Below, one piece after another: positions 1-9,318 of a stretch of DNA of 64,000 bases. Location: positions 768,001-832,000 of the forward strand of contig CAWKKR010000007.1 of NCBI GenBank assembly GCA_963850305.1, given 5' to 3'. The notes beneath the pieces are model-generated. The model was not told the DNA's origin. It did no database searches and saw only the letters and a list, made by a program, of their open reading frames with translations. Position 1 is the first letter of the stretch; each line of letters opens with the position of its first letter. The DNA is from an uncultured delta proteobacterium (GTDB lineage Bacteria; Myxococcota_A; Polyangia; Polyangiales; Polyangiaceae). The position numbers were made by a program, and so were the translations under genes.

Positions 1-54
1 TTCCTCGAGCTCGAACAGGCGCTCGAGCTCCGCGCGGAGCGTGTCGATCTCCAT
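1..54 (-). CDS. 5' end of a gene running off the left edge (MEIDTLRAELERLFELEE...), product unknown
   Basis: ATG at 54 preceded by GAGGAG on the minus strand; frame open to the window edge; divergent from ftsB. Confidence 0.6.
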   Translation of the reverse strand, partial: MEIDTLRAELERLFELEE

Positions 55-231
55 GAGAATCTCCTCGGAGGGGGCGGTCGTGACCTGTTCCCGGCCTTCG
101 CCCCGCGCGGATGTTAGCAAACCAGCGGACTCGTCGAGGGCCTATCCCGCAAAAAGGCGGGATATCTCGCGGGGTTTAGCAGCGGCGCCAATTTCTTTCC
201 TGTCGGCAAGGGTCGTGCGACCGTCCCCGTC

Positions 232-525
232 GTGTCGCAGTCCTCGCACCTGCTCCAGCGTTTGCTTCCCATCGCGGTGCTCGCCCTGGCCATCGTGTCG
301 GTTCCCACGATGCTCCTGTCGCGAACGGGCGTTCCTCGTCTCCGGGCACTTAACGAAGAGAAAGTGCGGGTAAACACGGAGGTCTCCCGACTCAGCGAGC
401 AGATCCGTCAGCTCCGGTCCGAGGTCGACCGAGTTAAGTCCGATCCGTCGAAGGTCGAGCAGGTCGCTCGTGACCAGCTCGGGCTCCTTCGACAGACGGA
501 GCTCGTGTTCCAGTTTGGACCGTAG
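232..525 (+). CDS. ftsB: Septum formation initiator FtsB/DivIC family protein
   Basis: 97 aa; single N-terminal TM, coiled coil, C-terminal EQVARDQLGLLRQTELVF matching the E-x-x-AR-x-x-LG motif. Confidence 0.85.
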   Translation: MSQSSHLLQRLLPIAVLALAIVSVPTMLLSRTGVPRLRALNEEKVRVNTEVSRLSEQIRQLRSEVDRVKSDPSKVEQVARDQLGLLRQTELVFQFGP

Positions 526-624
526 TCGCGGTCGTGCGAGGACGACCTGGTTGGCAAAGTCGGCCCCGACGAAGAGTCCCGACGTTCCCGCGGTGCCGCG
601 GGCCCTCCGAGCCGCGACGAGCGG

Positions 625-1914
625 ATGGTGAGCGGCGCGGCGGACCCGGTGAACGAGCGCGCCTCGCGCCGCATCGTTCGCAACGCGATGAGCATCCTGC
701 TCGGCGACGCAGCGGGCGAGGTCCTCATCGGCTACTCGATCGTCCTGACGGCACTCTCGCTCGGTCCGAACAGGTTCGGCACGCTCAGCGAGGCGCAGGC
801 CTTCATGGAGCCCTTCGACGCCGTGGCGGCGCTTGGGTTCGGCAACGTCGCGATGACGGTGGCGGCGTCGCGCGGCGATTGCGACGGCGCGTTACGGGGA
901 ACGATCCTCGGCATTCGCACCCTGTCCGCGGCGGTCGCCGGAGCTCTCGGCATCAGCATGGCGTTCGCGACCGGACGCGGCACGCTGTGGCCGCTGCTCC
1001 TGGTCTACGCAATGGGTATGTTTGCCGTGCCCGTCACCATGACGTCCACTCTTCCGTTTCAGTGGCACCGGACGATACATCGCCGCATCGCGCTGCCGTT
1101 CCTGATCGGCGTGTGTCGTCTCGGCTCGATCTATCTCGCATTCTTGTTCCTGCGACGGCCTCTCGGGTTCCAGCTCGCGCTGCTCGTTGCGGCGATTCTC
1201 GCCGCCGGGTTGAATTTTTTCTGGACCACGCGAGTGTACCCGGACGCTCTTCGCTTCGACCGCGCTCTCGCGAAGGAGCTTCTTTCCACTGGCTGGCCCG
1301 CGGCGGTGCTCGAGTGCGTCGTGATGCTCTATTCCCGCGCGTCGTACTTCTTCTTGCACGACGTCGGCGCCCACGCGCAGGGCGAGTACGCCGCGGCCGA
1401 TCGCTTGATGAAGCCCGTCATGGCGATCGGGGGAGCCCTCTTCGTGAGCTCTCTCCCGACGATCGCGGATCTCGCCATCAAACGGCAATTCGTCATGCTG
1501 AAGAAGTCCTACGTGCGCGCCGTGGCCGGCGTGGCGCTGGGGCTCGTCCCGCTGCTGCTCCTCGTGTGGTTCCTCGCTGCGTGGCTCCTCGAGCGATTCG
1601 CGCCGGCTTACGCGGCGGCGATCTGGCCATTCCGCGTCCTCGCGGTCGGCGCGTTCTTCATGTTCCTCAACATGCTATCCACGACCTACATCGTCGCGCT
1701 CGGAAAATTCCGGCTCATCATGACGATCGTGCTCGCGGATCTCGTCGTCTATCTGTTCCTCGCTACGCACCTCATCCCGAAATACGGCGCGCTCGGCGCG
1801 GCATTCTCGACGTCCGTGATGGAATCCGCGAACACGATGATGCAGCTCACGGTCGTCCTCTACTTGCTGAGCAAGCTCGCCCGGGAAGAAGACGTCGGGA
1901 TCGGCGCGACGTGA
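625..1914 (+). CDS. Oligosaccharide flippase (Wzx/MOP family)
   Basis: Many TM helices, N-terminal RIVRN...LGP..FG and C-terminal LIPKYGALGAA; next to glycosyltransferases. Confidence 0.85.
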   Translation: MVSGAADPVNERASRRIVRNAMSILLGDAAGEVLIGYSIVLTALSLGPNRFGTLSEAQAFMEPFDAVAALGFGNVAMTVAASRGDCDGALRGTILGIRTLSAAVAGALGISMAFATGRGTLWPLLLVYAMGMFAVPVTMTSTLPFQWHRTIHRRIALPFLIGVCRLGSIYLAFLFLRRPLGFQLALLVAAILAAGLNFFWTTRVYPDALRFDRALAKELLSTGWPAAVLECVVMLYSRASYFFLHDVGAHAQGEYAAADRLMKPVMAIGGALFVSSLPTIADLAIKRQFVMLKKSYVRAVAGVALGLVPLLLLVWFLAAWLLERFAPAYAAAIWPFRVLAVGAFFMFLNMLSTTYIVALGKFRLIMTIVLADLVVYLFLATHLIPKYGALGAAFSTSVMESANTMMQLTVVLYLLSKLAREEDVGIGAT

Positions 1915-2005
1915 CGCTCCGCGCAGGGCCAGTCGGGAGCGACCGCCGCGTGGAGGATCCCGTGAGTGAACGCGACCTGGCTAGGCTACTCTATCGAGCC
2001 CTCGC

Positions 2006-3202
2006 GTGACGACCGTGAAGACATTACTTCTCGATCTGACGCCGCTCGACACGCCCTCACGCAGGAGAGGGCAGGGCCGCTACGTGCGTGAGCTCGCCGC
2101 GGGTCTTGCGCGCCTCCCATCCGGAGCGCTCGGGGGCGTCCGACTTCTCGGGTTGACGCATCTCTCCCTGGACGGATCGTATCGGGTCACGGAGGACATC
2201 GCGGCCTTCGAGGGCAGTCCCGAGCTCCCATCGCCGGCGTCGCGAGAGCACTACCGCTGGGCGTACGCGCGCCGCTTCGGACTGTGGCGCGCGGCGCGGC
2301 AGACGGGCGCGACCGCCGTACACCTCGGCGTTGGTTCTGCGACGCCTCTGTTCATGTCGCTATCCGGGTGCCGGCGTATCGTCACGTGTCACGACGCGAT
2401 TCCGGCACGGTTTCCGGAGCACTACATGGGCATTCACGACGGCGGGCCGCGCGTCGGCAAGCTCATCGAACGGCGGCGCTATCGGAGCGCCGACCTCGTC
2501 GTCGCGGTGAGCGCCGCCACGCGAGCGGACGTCATCGCGCTCTACGGTGTCTCGCCGGAGCGTGTCGCGCGGGTCTACAACGGCGTGGACGTCGAGCGCT
2601 GGGCGGCCGCGCCCGCCCCCCCGCCAGAACCGACGCTCGAGCGCTTCGGGCTCCAGGGGCGCGCGTTCGTTCTCTACGTCGGGGGCCTGCACTGGCACAA
2701 GAACGTCGAGGGCATGATCGGCGGAGTGGCTCAAGCGCGGGCGCGCGGCGCCGATCTCGAGCTGGCGTGGGCAGGGCATCTCACGCCCGAGCACGCCGCG
2801 CTGATCGACGGTGTCGCGCAACGTGCCGGCATATCCCACGCTTTTCGCCGCCTGGGTTACGTTACCGACGATGAAGTGCGCATATTGTATCGAGCGGCCG
2901 TCGCGCATCTTCTGGTATCGCGCGCGGAGGGGTTCGGGCTGACGGTCGTCGAGGCGATGGCAGCGGGTTGTCCCGTCGTCACGACCGCGGGGGGCTCGCT
3001 CGCCGAGGTGGCCGGGGACGCCGCGATCACGGTCGATCCCGACGATGACGAGGCCATCGGCGACGCTCTCGTTCGGCTCGCGACGGACGGCGCGCTGCGG
3101 GGGGATCTCATCGCGCGGGGACGTGCTCGAGCGCCGCGCTTCTCTCTCGATGCGCAGGCGCGCGGCATGGCGGCCGTGTATCGTCGGTTCCTCGATTCCT
3201 GA
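2006..3202 (+). CDS. Glycosyltransferase family 4 (GT-B)
   Basis: VTCHD, VAVS, YNGVD, KN and EGFGLTVVEAMAAGCPV motifs. Confidence 0.92.
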   Translation: MTTVKTLLLDLTPLDTPSRRRGQGRYVRELAAGLARLPSGALGGVRLLGLTHLSLDGSYRVTEDIAAFEGSPELPSPASREHYRWAYARRFGLWRAARQTGATAVHLGVGSATPLFMSLSGCRRIVTCHDAIPARFPEHYMGIHDGGPRVGKLIERRRYRSADLVVAVSAATRADVIALYGVSPERVARVYNGVDVERWAAAPAPPPEPTLERFGLQGRAFVLYVGGLHWHKNVEGMIGGVAQARARGADLELAWAGHLTPEHAALIDGVAQRAGISHAFRRLGYVTDDEVRILYRAAVAHLLVSRAEGFGLTVVEAMAAGCPVVTTAGGSLAEVAGDAAITVDPDDDEAIGDALVRLATDGALRGDLIARGRARAPRFSLDAQARGMAAVYRRFLDS

Positions 3203-3210
3203 TCGCGCCC

Positions 3211-4425
3211 ATGCCGAAGCTCCTGGTCGATCTAACGCCGCTCCACACGCCCGGCGGTGCGCGAGGCATCGGCCGATACATCCGGGAGCTCGCGCGCGGT
3301 CTCGCCGAGCTCGGCCCGGACGAGCTCGGCGACATCGAGCTCCTCGGGCTCACGTCGCTCGGGTGGGGAGGCGCGCACACATTCACCCGCGACCTCGGCT
3401 CCTTCGAAGATGCTCGCCGTGCCGCACCCCCGTCGGGAAGCGATTACTACGTGTGGGCGTACAGGCAGCGCTTTTCGTTCTTCCTCGCGGCGCGGAGCCT
3501 CGGCGTCTCCGCGGTTCACATCTGCGACCCGCATGCCACTCCTCTCTTTCTCCGGAGCTCCGGCGTCAAAAAAGTCGTCACGTGCCACGATCTGGTGCCG
3601 ACGCGATTTCCCGATCACTACATGAGCATCAAGGACGGCGGTCCGGTCATCGGCAAATGGATCGAGGCTCGCCGCTACCGGAGCGCGGATCTCGTGATTG
3701 CCGTGAGTGACGCGACGCGGAATGACGTGTGTTCGCTCGTCGGACTTCCGAGCAACCGCGTCGTTCGTGTGCACAACGGGATGGACGTCGAGCGCTGGTC
3801 GGCGCGGCCGGCGCTGGAGCCATCCGTGACGCTGCGCAAGCTCGGAATCGATCGCCGCGCGTTTGCGCTCTACGTCGGCGGGTCCGATTGGCGAAAGAAT
3901 GTCGAGGGAATGTTGGGGGGATTGGGGCACGCGCTACGTCGCCGGGCGCCGCTCGACCTGGTGTGGGCGGGCCACCTCGAGCCGCCGCACCGCGCCCGTG
4001 TCGAAGCAGCCATTCGCGGCGCCGGTCTTGCGGATGCCGTGCACCTGGTCGGATTCGTGACGGACGACGAGCTTGCCGTACTTTATCGCGCGGCGCTCGC
4101 GCACCTGTTCGTCTCCCGGCTCGAGGGCTTTGGCCTGACGATCGTCGAAGCGATGGCGTCTGGTTGCCCCGTGCTGACGACGCGCGGCGGCTCGCTTGCG
4201 GAAGTGGCCGGGGATGCTGCGCTCGTCGTCGATCCGGAGGACCCCGCGGCGATCGGCGCGGCGTTATTCCGTCTCGCGAGCGAACCTGCTCTTCGTGCCG
4301 AGCTCGCCGAGAAGGGCCGGGCGCGCGCGCCGAAGTTCTCGCGCGTCGCGCAAGCGAGGGGCACCGCCGCGGCGTATCGGAAGGCCATCGCCGGGCCTCG
4401 CTCCCCGGCGCTTCCCCGCTACTAA
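3211..4425 (+). CDS. Glycosyltransferase family 4 (GT-B), tandem paralog of the previous gene
   Basis: RGIGRY, VTCHD and EGFGLTIVEAMASGCPV motifs; colinear with 2006..3202. Confidence 0.92.
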   Translation: MPKLLVDLTPLHTPGGARGIGRYIRELARGLAELGPDELGDIELLGLTSLGWGGAHTFTRDLGSFEDARRAAPPSGSDYYVWAYRQRFSFFLAARSLGVSAVHICDPHATPLFLRSSGVKKVVTCHDLVPTRFPDHYMSIKDGGPVIGKWIEARRYRSADLVIAVSDATRNDVCSLVGLPSNRVVRVHNGMDVERWSARPALEPSVTLRKLGIDRRAFALYVGGSDWRKNVEGMLGGLGHALRRRAPLDLVWAGHLEPPHRARVEAAIRGAGLADAVHLVGFVTDDELAVLYRAALAHLFVSRLEGFGLTIVEAMASGCPVLTTRGGSLAEVAGDAALVVDPEDPAAIGAALFRLASEPALRAELAEKGRARAPKFSRVAQARGTAAAYRKAIAGPRSPALPRY

Positions 4426-4651
4426 GAAAGGGGGGCGTTGCCCGCCCCCCGGGGCTTGCTACGCAACCCCTCCCCCCGGTACTCGCTGCGCTCGGTAGTT
4501 CCGCACCTCTTTGATCCCTCGGGGACGACAGCGTCGTCGATGCGGAACTACTAACAAAGGGGGGCCTTGCCAGGCTTGCACCCCGCGGCTTGCTTTGCAA
4601 CCGCTCCCCCCGCCGCCTTCGGCGTGCTCGCTGCGCTCGCGTAGCTCCGCG
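4419..4651. repeat. Two imperfect direct copies of a palindromic REP/MITE-like unit joined by an inverted-repeat spacer
   Basis: CTACTAA(G/C)AAAGGGGGGC...GGCTTGCT...GCAACC...CTCCCCCCG...CTCGCTGCGCTCG(C)GTAG(T/C)TCCGC at 4419-4505 and 4548-4651; GTAGTTCCGCA (4495-4505) pairs with TGCGGAACTAC (4541-4551). Confidence 0.8.
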
Positions 4652-4709
4652 CTGACTCACGCGACGACCCGGTTGCTCGCGCCCGCCACCCGGGTGACGA
4701 TGTTCGGCC

Positions 4710-5954
4710 ATGACCGTCGCGCTCGCTCGACGACTCGTCTGGGAGGGCATTGCCACTCCGGAGCAGGTCAACGCGGCGCTGTACGCGCACGTGACCGAGC
4801 GCACGGCGTTTCTGCAAGCCCTGCTACGAAGTCACCCGGTCCTCGCCGCGAGGCTCGAGGTCGAGCTGGGTGCGTCGCGCGAACATGGTGCTCGAGAAGT
4901 GGTGCCCGACACGGAACTTCTCCGGAGCCTGCCGCAGGGCATGGCGAACGCACTGCTCGCCGTGCCGGTGGGCCGCGATCCCGCGACGTCGACCGTCTAT
5001 GTTCTTGCGGCCGACGCTTCCGACGGTCACGTCGCCGCCGAGTTCGCGCATCACTTCCGTGCGCCCGTCGAGATCGCTCACGCTCCGCTGCTCGCGATCC
5101 TCTCGGCGCTCGGTCCAGAGATCGTCGAGCCCGATCCGCGAACGATGACCCCCGCGTTCGGCATGCCTCAGCGCCCCGTATCTCTCGCGCCCACACGTTC
5201 GATCGTGCCCGCTCCGTCGGTTGACGTGACGCGCCCGAGCGATCGACCCATTCCGCTCACTCGGCTGAGCGGCGAAGCAGCCCACGCTCCGTCGACGGTG
5301 AAGGGCGTCGCGCCGCAGGCCGTGGGCGAGCATCACGCGTCGCGCGTCGTCGTACCGCCTCGTCAATCGCCGAAGGCGTCGGAGCCCGTCATTCAGCTCA
5401 CGCGGACGAAGTCGATCGTCACCCCCCCGCCTTCACCGCGCGCGAGCGTCGTGCCCGAGGCGTCGGCGGCCACTCCCAGCTCCGCCCGGAACGACGTCGA
5501 AGCCGCCCTCGAGGCTCTCGAGCGCGCGGCCTCGCCGGAGGAGGTGATCACCGCACTGATCCAGGGGCTTTCGGGTGTCGCCGCGCTCGTGCTCGTGCTC
5601 GCCGTTCGCGGCAAGGTGTTCGAAGGGCGCGACGCCAGTGACGATGCAGCACGACAAGCCGTCCGGTCGCTGGTCATATCCGGCGATCGTCCGAGCGTGC
5701 TTCAGACGGCCGTGCAGACGGGCGGTTACACGGGGCCCGTCCCCCAGACCCTCGTCCACACCGACCTCGCCCGCATCCTGGGCGATCCGACGGATGAGAT
5801 CGCCGTCGGCGTCGTCACGGTTTCGGGCCGCGCCGCGCTCGTTTACGTCATGACGTCCCTCGAAACCGCGTATCTAGCCACGCGCCGCGGCGATCAACTC
5901 GCGCAGGCGGCCACCCGCGCGCTCGAGCGGATCGTCCGGCAACGGAAGAAGTGA
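4710..5954 (+). CDS. Hypothetical protein: GspE/PilB N-terminal (MshEN)-like domain, Pro/Ser-rich linker, GAF-like C-terminal domain, no ATPase
   Basis: LARRLVWEGIATPEQVNAAL and LP..MA..LLAVPV...VLAAD resemble the T2SSE N-domain; low-complexity middle. Confidence 0.6.
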   Translation: MTVALARRLVWEGIATPEQVNAALYAHVTERTAFLQALLRSHPVLAARLEVELGASREHGAREVVPDTELLRSLPQGMANALLAVPVGRDPATSTVYVLAADASDGHVAAEFAHHFRAPVEIAHAPLLAILSALGPEIVEPDPRTMTPAFGMPQRPVSLAPTRSIVPAPSVDVTRPSDRPIPLTRLSGEAAHAPSTVKGVAPQAVGEHHASRVVVPPRQSPKASEPVIQLTRTKSIVTPPPSPRASVVPEASAATPSSARNDVEAALEALERAASPEEVITALIQGLSGVAALVLVLAVRGKVFEGRDASDDAARQAVRSLVISGDRPSVLQTAVQTGGYTGPVPQTLVHTDLARILGDPTDEIAVGVVTVSGRAALVYVMTSLETAYLATRRGDQLAQAATRALERIVRQRKK

Positions 5955-6152
5955 GGGAGCAAGACACATCGGCGCGCACCGTTACCAGTCGCATCACGGC
6001 TTCGACCAGGAGCCGCGCGTTCGCGAGAATTGGGCAGTCCGTATCGGGAGCCATGCCCCAGAGACTAGGAACGTCCGCTGAGCCAGCGTAATGTCATGAT
6101 TGACAGGGGGATCGACGAGGTCGCGATTGTTCCCTGGCGGTGCTCGGGGGAG

Positions 6153-6168
6153 TGGTATGGCTGTCGCT
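6153..6168 (+). promoter_or_regulatory. Possible sigma-54 (-24/-12) promoter upstream of the peroxiredoxin
   Basis: TGGTATGGCTGTCGCT has GG-N10-GC spacing and resembles TGGCACG-N4-TTGC; 45 bp before the ATG. Confidence 0.35.
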
Positions 6169-6212
6169 CCTGGGGCCCGGGCTTTGCCGGGAGCCAGTAC
6201 AAGGAGAACGTC

Positions 6213-6851
6213 ATGGGACTTCATCTGGGCAGCATCGCGCCGAACTTCGACGCGGAAACGAGCACGGGGCACATCAACTTCCACGAGTGGATAGGCAACA
6301 CGTGGGCCGTCCTCTTCTCGCACCCGAAGGACTTCACGCCCGTCTGCACGACGGAACTCGGGCGCGCCGCGAACCTCAAGGCGGAGTTCGACAAGCGCAA
6401 CGTGAAGATGATCGCCGTTAGTGTGGACGGCGTCGAAGACCACAAGAAGTGGATCGGCGACATCGAGGAAACGCAGAACGCGACGGTGAACTTTCCGCTC
6501 ATCGGTGACAAGGATCGCAAGGTCGCCGGCCTCTACGACATGATCCACGCCGAGGCGAACGACACGCTGACGGTGCGCAGCGTCTTCATCATCGATTCGA
6601 ACAAGAAGATCCGCGCGATGATCACGTACCCGGCGAGCACCGGACGTAACTTCAGCGAGATCCTCCGCGTGATCGATTCACTGCAGCTCACGGACAGTCA
6701 CAAAGTGGCGACGCCGGCGGACTGGAAAGACGGGGATGACTGCGTGATCGTTCCGGCCATCCAGGATCCCGAAGAGCTCAAGAAGCGCTTCCCCAAGGGG
6801 TTCAAGGTCGTGAAGCCGTATCTCCGCATGACGCCACAGCCCAATAAGTGA
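6213..6851 (+). CDS. 1-Cys peroxiredoxin (Prx6 family)
   Basis: FSHPKDFTPVCTTE, YPASTGRNF and VATPADW motifs; start at ATG 6213 after AAGGAG. Confidence 0.95.
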   Translation: MGLHLGSIAPNFDAETSTGHINFHEWIGNTWAVLFSHPKDFTPVCTTELGRAANLKAEFDKRNVKMIAVSVDGVEDHKKWIGDIEETQNATVNFPLIGDKDRKVAGLYDMIHAEANDTLTVRSVFIIDSNKKIRAMITYPASTGRNFSEILRVIDSLQLTDSHKVATPADWKDGDDCVIVPAIQDPEELKKRFPKGFKVVKPYLRMTPQPNK

Positions 6852-6930
6852 CCGGCCGGGGGCGACGGCAGTTCAACTGCGCGAAACTGGCCAGGAGCGC
6901 GCGTCGCGAGGAACAATCGGGGTCGAAGCA

Positions 6931-7641
6931 ATGGACCTTTCGCCGCCCCTCCTCAGCGTCATAAAACCCAATCCGCCGCCCCTCTGGTTCGTCACCAACG
7001 GCGACGTCACCGTCGGGCCAGTTCTGACCCAGTTATTGAAGCGTGGCGTCGCGGAAGGTGTGGTTCCCGACTATTGCCACGTCAGTCCTCCCGGCGGCAC
7101 GTGGCGCGCTGTCGAGACCGTTCGGGAAGTCGCTGCGCTCCAGAGACCCGTCGGTGCGCCCGTCGCGGTCTACCGGCCCGAGCCTCTCCACGACATCACG
7201 CAGCCCGCGGTGCCCATCCGGGACGAGGACGAAGTTTGTTACCAGGGGACCCGCCTGGCCATGCTCGTCACGGGCGCCGAGAGCGGCATGTTCCACTTTC
7301 GCGAGCGCGCGTCCCGCCTGTTCATCACGCGCTGCGTGCTCGGTCCGGTCTCCGACGAGCGCCTGAATGAAGAGCTTCCCCCGACGGATCTCCTCCTGCA
7401 TTCCGCGCGAATGGGCCAGCCCATCTTCGGCCCGCCCTACGGCCCAGCGGAAGATGCCCTTGCTCTCCGGTTCGCGAGCACGCGAGGCGGCGTCGGTGGC
7501 GCCGCCATGATCCCGATCTTCATCGGTCACAGCCTCCGGGCCCTGCTCGAGGTATCGCGCCCCGGCCACGCCTTCCGCCGCGAAGACCTCCAGCGCGCCG
7601 AACGCATCGCGTTCCGGGCGCTGTACCAGCATCAGAACTGA
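6931..7641 (+). CDS. Hypothetical protein with GYF_2 (DUF4339)-like N-terminus and GAF-like C-terminus
   Basis: WFV....VGPV....L...G.......V.....W pattern; C-terminal AAMIPIF....LLEVSR....F...DL..AERIA. Confidence 0.55.
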   Translation: MDLSPPLLSVIKPNPPPLWFVTNGDVTVGPVLTQLLKRGVAEGVVPDYCHVSPPGGTWRAVETVREVAALQRPVGAPVAVYRPEPLHDITQPAVPIRDEDEVCYQGTRLAMLVTGAESGMFHFRERASRLFITRCVLGPVSDERLNEELPPTDLLLHSARMGQPIFGPPYGPAEDALALRFASTRGGVGGAAMIPIFIGHSLRALLEVSRPGHAFRREDLQRAERIAFRALYQHQN

Positions 7642-7752
7642 GACGGTTCCGAGAGATTCGGCCCACGGGGACCGAGTCGACGAGTCGCCGCGGGCGCATT
7701 TCCGGGCTCGCCGACACGGCTGCGTGGCAGGCTTGGCCCGTCGAGAAAAGCT

Positions 7753-9318
7753 ATGGGCTCGATCAAGGACGATCTCGTCGAAGCGGGTCTCGAGCTCATC
7801 GAAACCCATACGGCATGGGTGCTTCTGAGCGCGGACACGGTCTGGAAGATCAAGAAGCCGGTCGATTACGGGTTCCTCGACTTCACGACGCTGGACCGGC
7901 GCAGGGCGGCGTGCGACGCGGAGACTCGTTTGAACGCACGTCTCTCGCCGCACGTTTACCAAGGTCTCGTGCCGGTCACCCGCGACGCCGGTGGGCGGCA
8001 CCACCTCGGCGGGGCCGGCGACATCGTTGACTGGGCCGTGCGAATGACGCGGCTCCCGGATGCCGTCCGCGCGGACGTGTTGCTCCGGGAAGGGCGGCTG
8101 GGTACGCCCGAGATCGAGCGGCTGGCGGAGCACCTGGCCCGGTTTCACGACGCCCTCGGGCCGTGCGACGCGGCGGGTGGATTCGGCGCACCCGAAGCGA
8201 TCCTTGGGAACGTCCGGGAGAACTTTGCACAGGCCAAGACCGCCATCGGAACGCTGCTGGGCGCCGGAGAAGCCGCGGAGATAGAGCGGCATCAGGTCGA
8301 CTTCGTCGAGCGGCGTCGTCAGCTACTGGACGAGCGCATCCGGCAGGGAAGGGTGCGAGACGGCCATGGAGATCTCCGCCTCGAACACGTTTACTTCGAG
8401 GAGGCGCGCGCGCAGCCGACCATCATCGATTGCATCGAATTCAACGAGCGGTTCCGGTACGCGGACGTGGCCGCGGACATTGCATTCTTGTCGATGGATC
8501 TCGAACGGCTGGGGCGCTCGGATCTCGCAGAAGGGTTTCTCGCAGCGTATGCCCGTGCGTCCGGCGACTACCAGCTGTACGAACTCGTCGATTTCTACGA
8601 AGGATATCGCGCGTACGTGCGCGGCAAGGTCTCCGCGCTGCTCGCGGAGGACCGAGGTGCGGACCTCGACACGCGAGCCGCCGCAGTGAGGGACGCCCGC
8701 TCGTTCTTTCTGCTCTCGCTGCTCGAGGGCAGGGAAGGACTCCTCCGCCCTGCCGCCGTCGCCGTCGGGGGCGTCATCGCTTCGGGAAAGAGCACGATCG
8801 CGGAACACATCGGCGCGATGATGAACGCGCCGATCGTCGACACCGACCGCGCGCGCAAGGCGCTCGCGGGCGTGGAAGCGAAGACGCCACTTCGCGACGA
8901 TCCGTGGTCCGGCTCGTACACGCCTGCCTTTACCGAGCGCGTTTACGCGGAGGTCTTCCGTCGCGCCGGCCACGTGCTCTCCTCGGGCCGCGCGGTCGTG
9001 ATCGACGCGAGCTTTCGCTCGCGGGCGCATCGAGCGGCAGCTCAGGCGCTCGCCCGCGAGCGCGGCGTGTCCTTTTATTTCGTGGAGTGCCGGGCCCATG
9101 CCGACGAGTACGGGCGAAGGCTGGAACGGCGAGCGCGCTCGGCGAGTGTCAGCGACGGCCGAGCGGAGATCTTCGACGAGTTCGCGGCGCACTTCGAGCC
9201 CGTGACCGAAATTCCGGAGGGTGAACACCTCCTCGTGGACACGTCCTTGCCGCTCCAGGAGAACGTTCGCCGCCTGGCAGACGAGCTTCCAACGTGGCCG
9301 GAAGGGTTCAATGGCTGA
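7753..9318 (+). CDS. Bifunctional aminoglycoside-phosphotransferase-like / AAA_33 P-loop kinase (Rv2004c-like)
   Basis: ETH..WV, KIKKPVDYGFLDF, HGDLRLEHV, IDCIEFNERFR and Walker A GVIASGKST. Confidence 0.9.
   Translation: MGSIKDDLVEAGLELIETHTAWVLLSADTVWKIKKPVDYGFLDFTTLDRRRAACDAETRLNARLSPHVYQGLVPVTRDAGGRHHLGGAGDIVDWAVRMTRLPDAVRADVLLREGRLGTPEIERLAEHLARFHDALGPCDAAGGFGAPEAILGNVRENFAQAKTAIGTLLGAGEAAEIERHQVDFVERRRQLLDERIRQGRVRDGHGDLRLEHVYFEEARAQPTIIDCIEFNERFRYADVAADIAFLSMDLERLGRSDLAEGFLAAYARASGDYQLYELVDFYEGYRAYVRGKVSALLAEDRGADLDTRAAAVRDARSFFLLSLLEGREGLLRPAAVAVGGVIASGKSTIAEHIGAMMNAPIVDTDRARKALAGVEAKTPLRDDPWSGSYTPAFTERVYAEVFRRAGHVLSSGRAVVIDASFRSRAHRAAAQALARERGVSFYFVECRAHADEYGRRLERRARSASVSDGRAEIFDEFAAHFEPVTEIPEGEHLLVDTSLPLQENVRRLADELPTWPEGFNG

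Noticed and set aside
4419..4651. CRISPR array or tRNA
   Set aside because: Only two long imperfect units, no repeat-spacer periodicity, no cas genes and no cloverleaf with T-loop consensus
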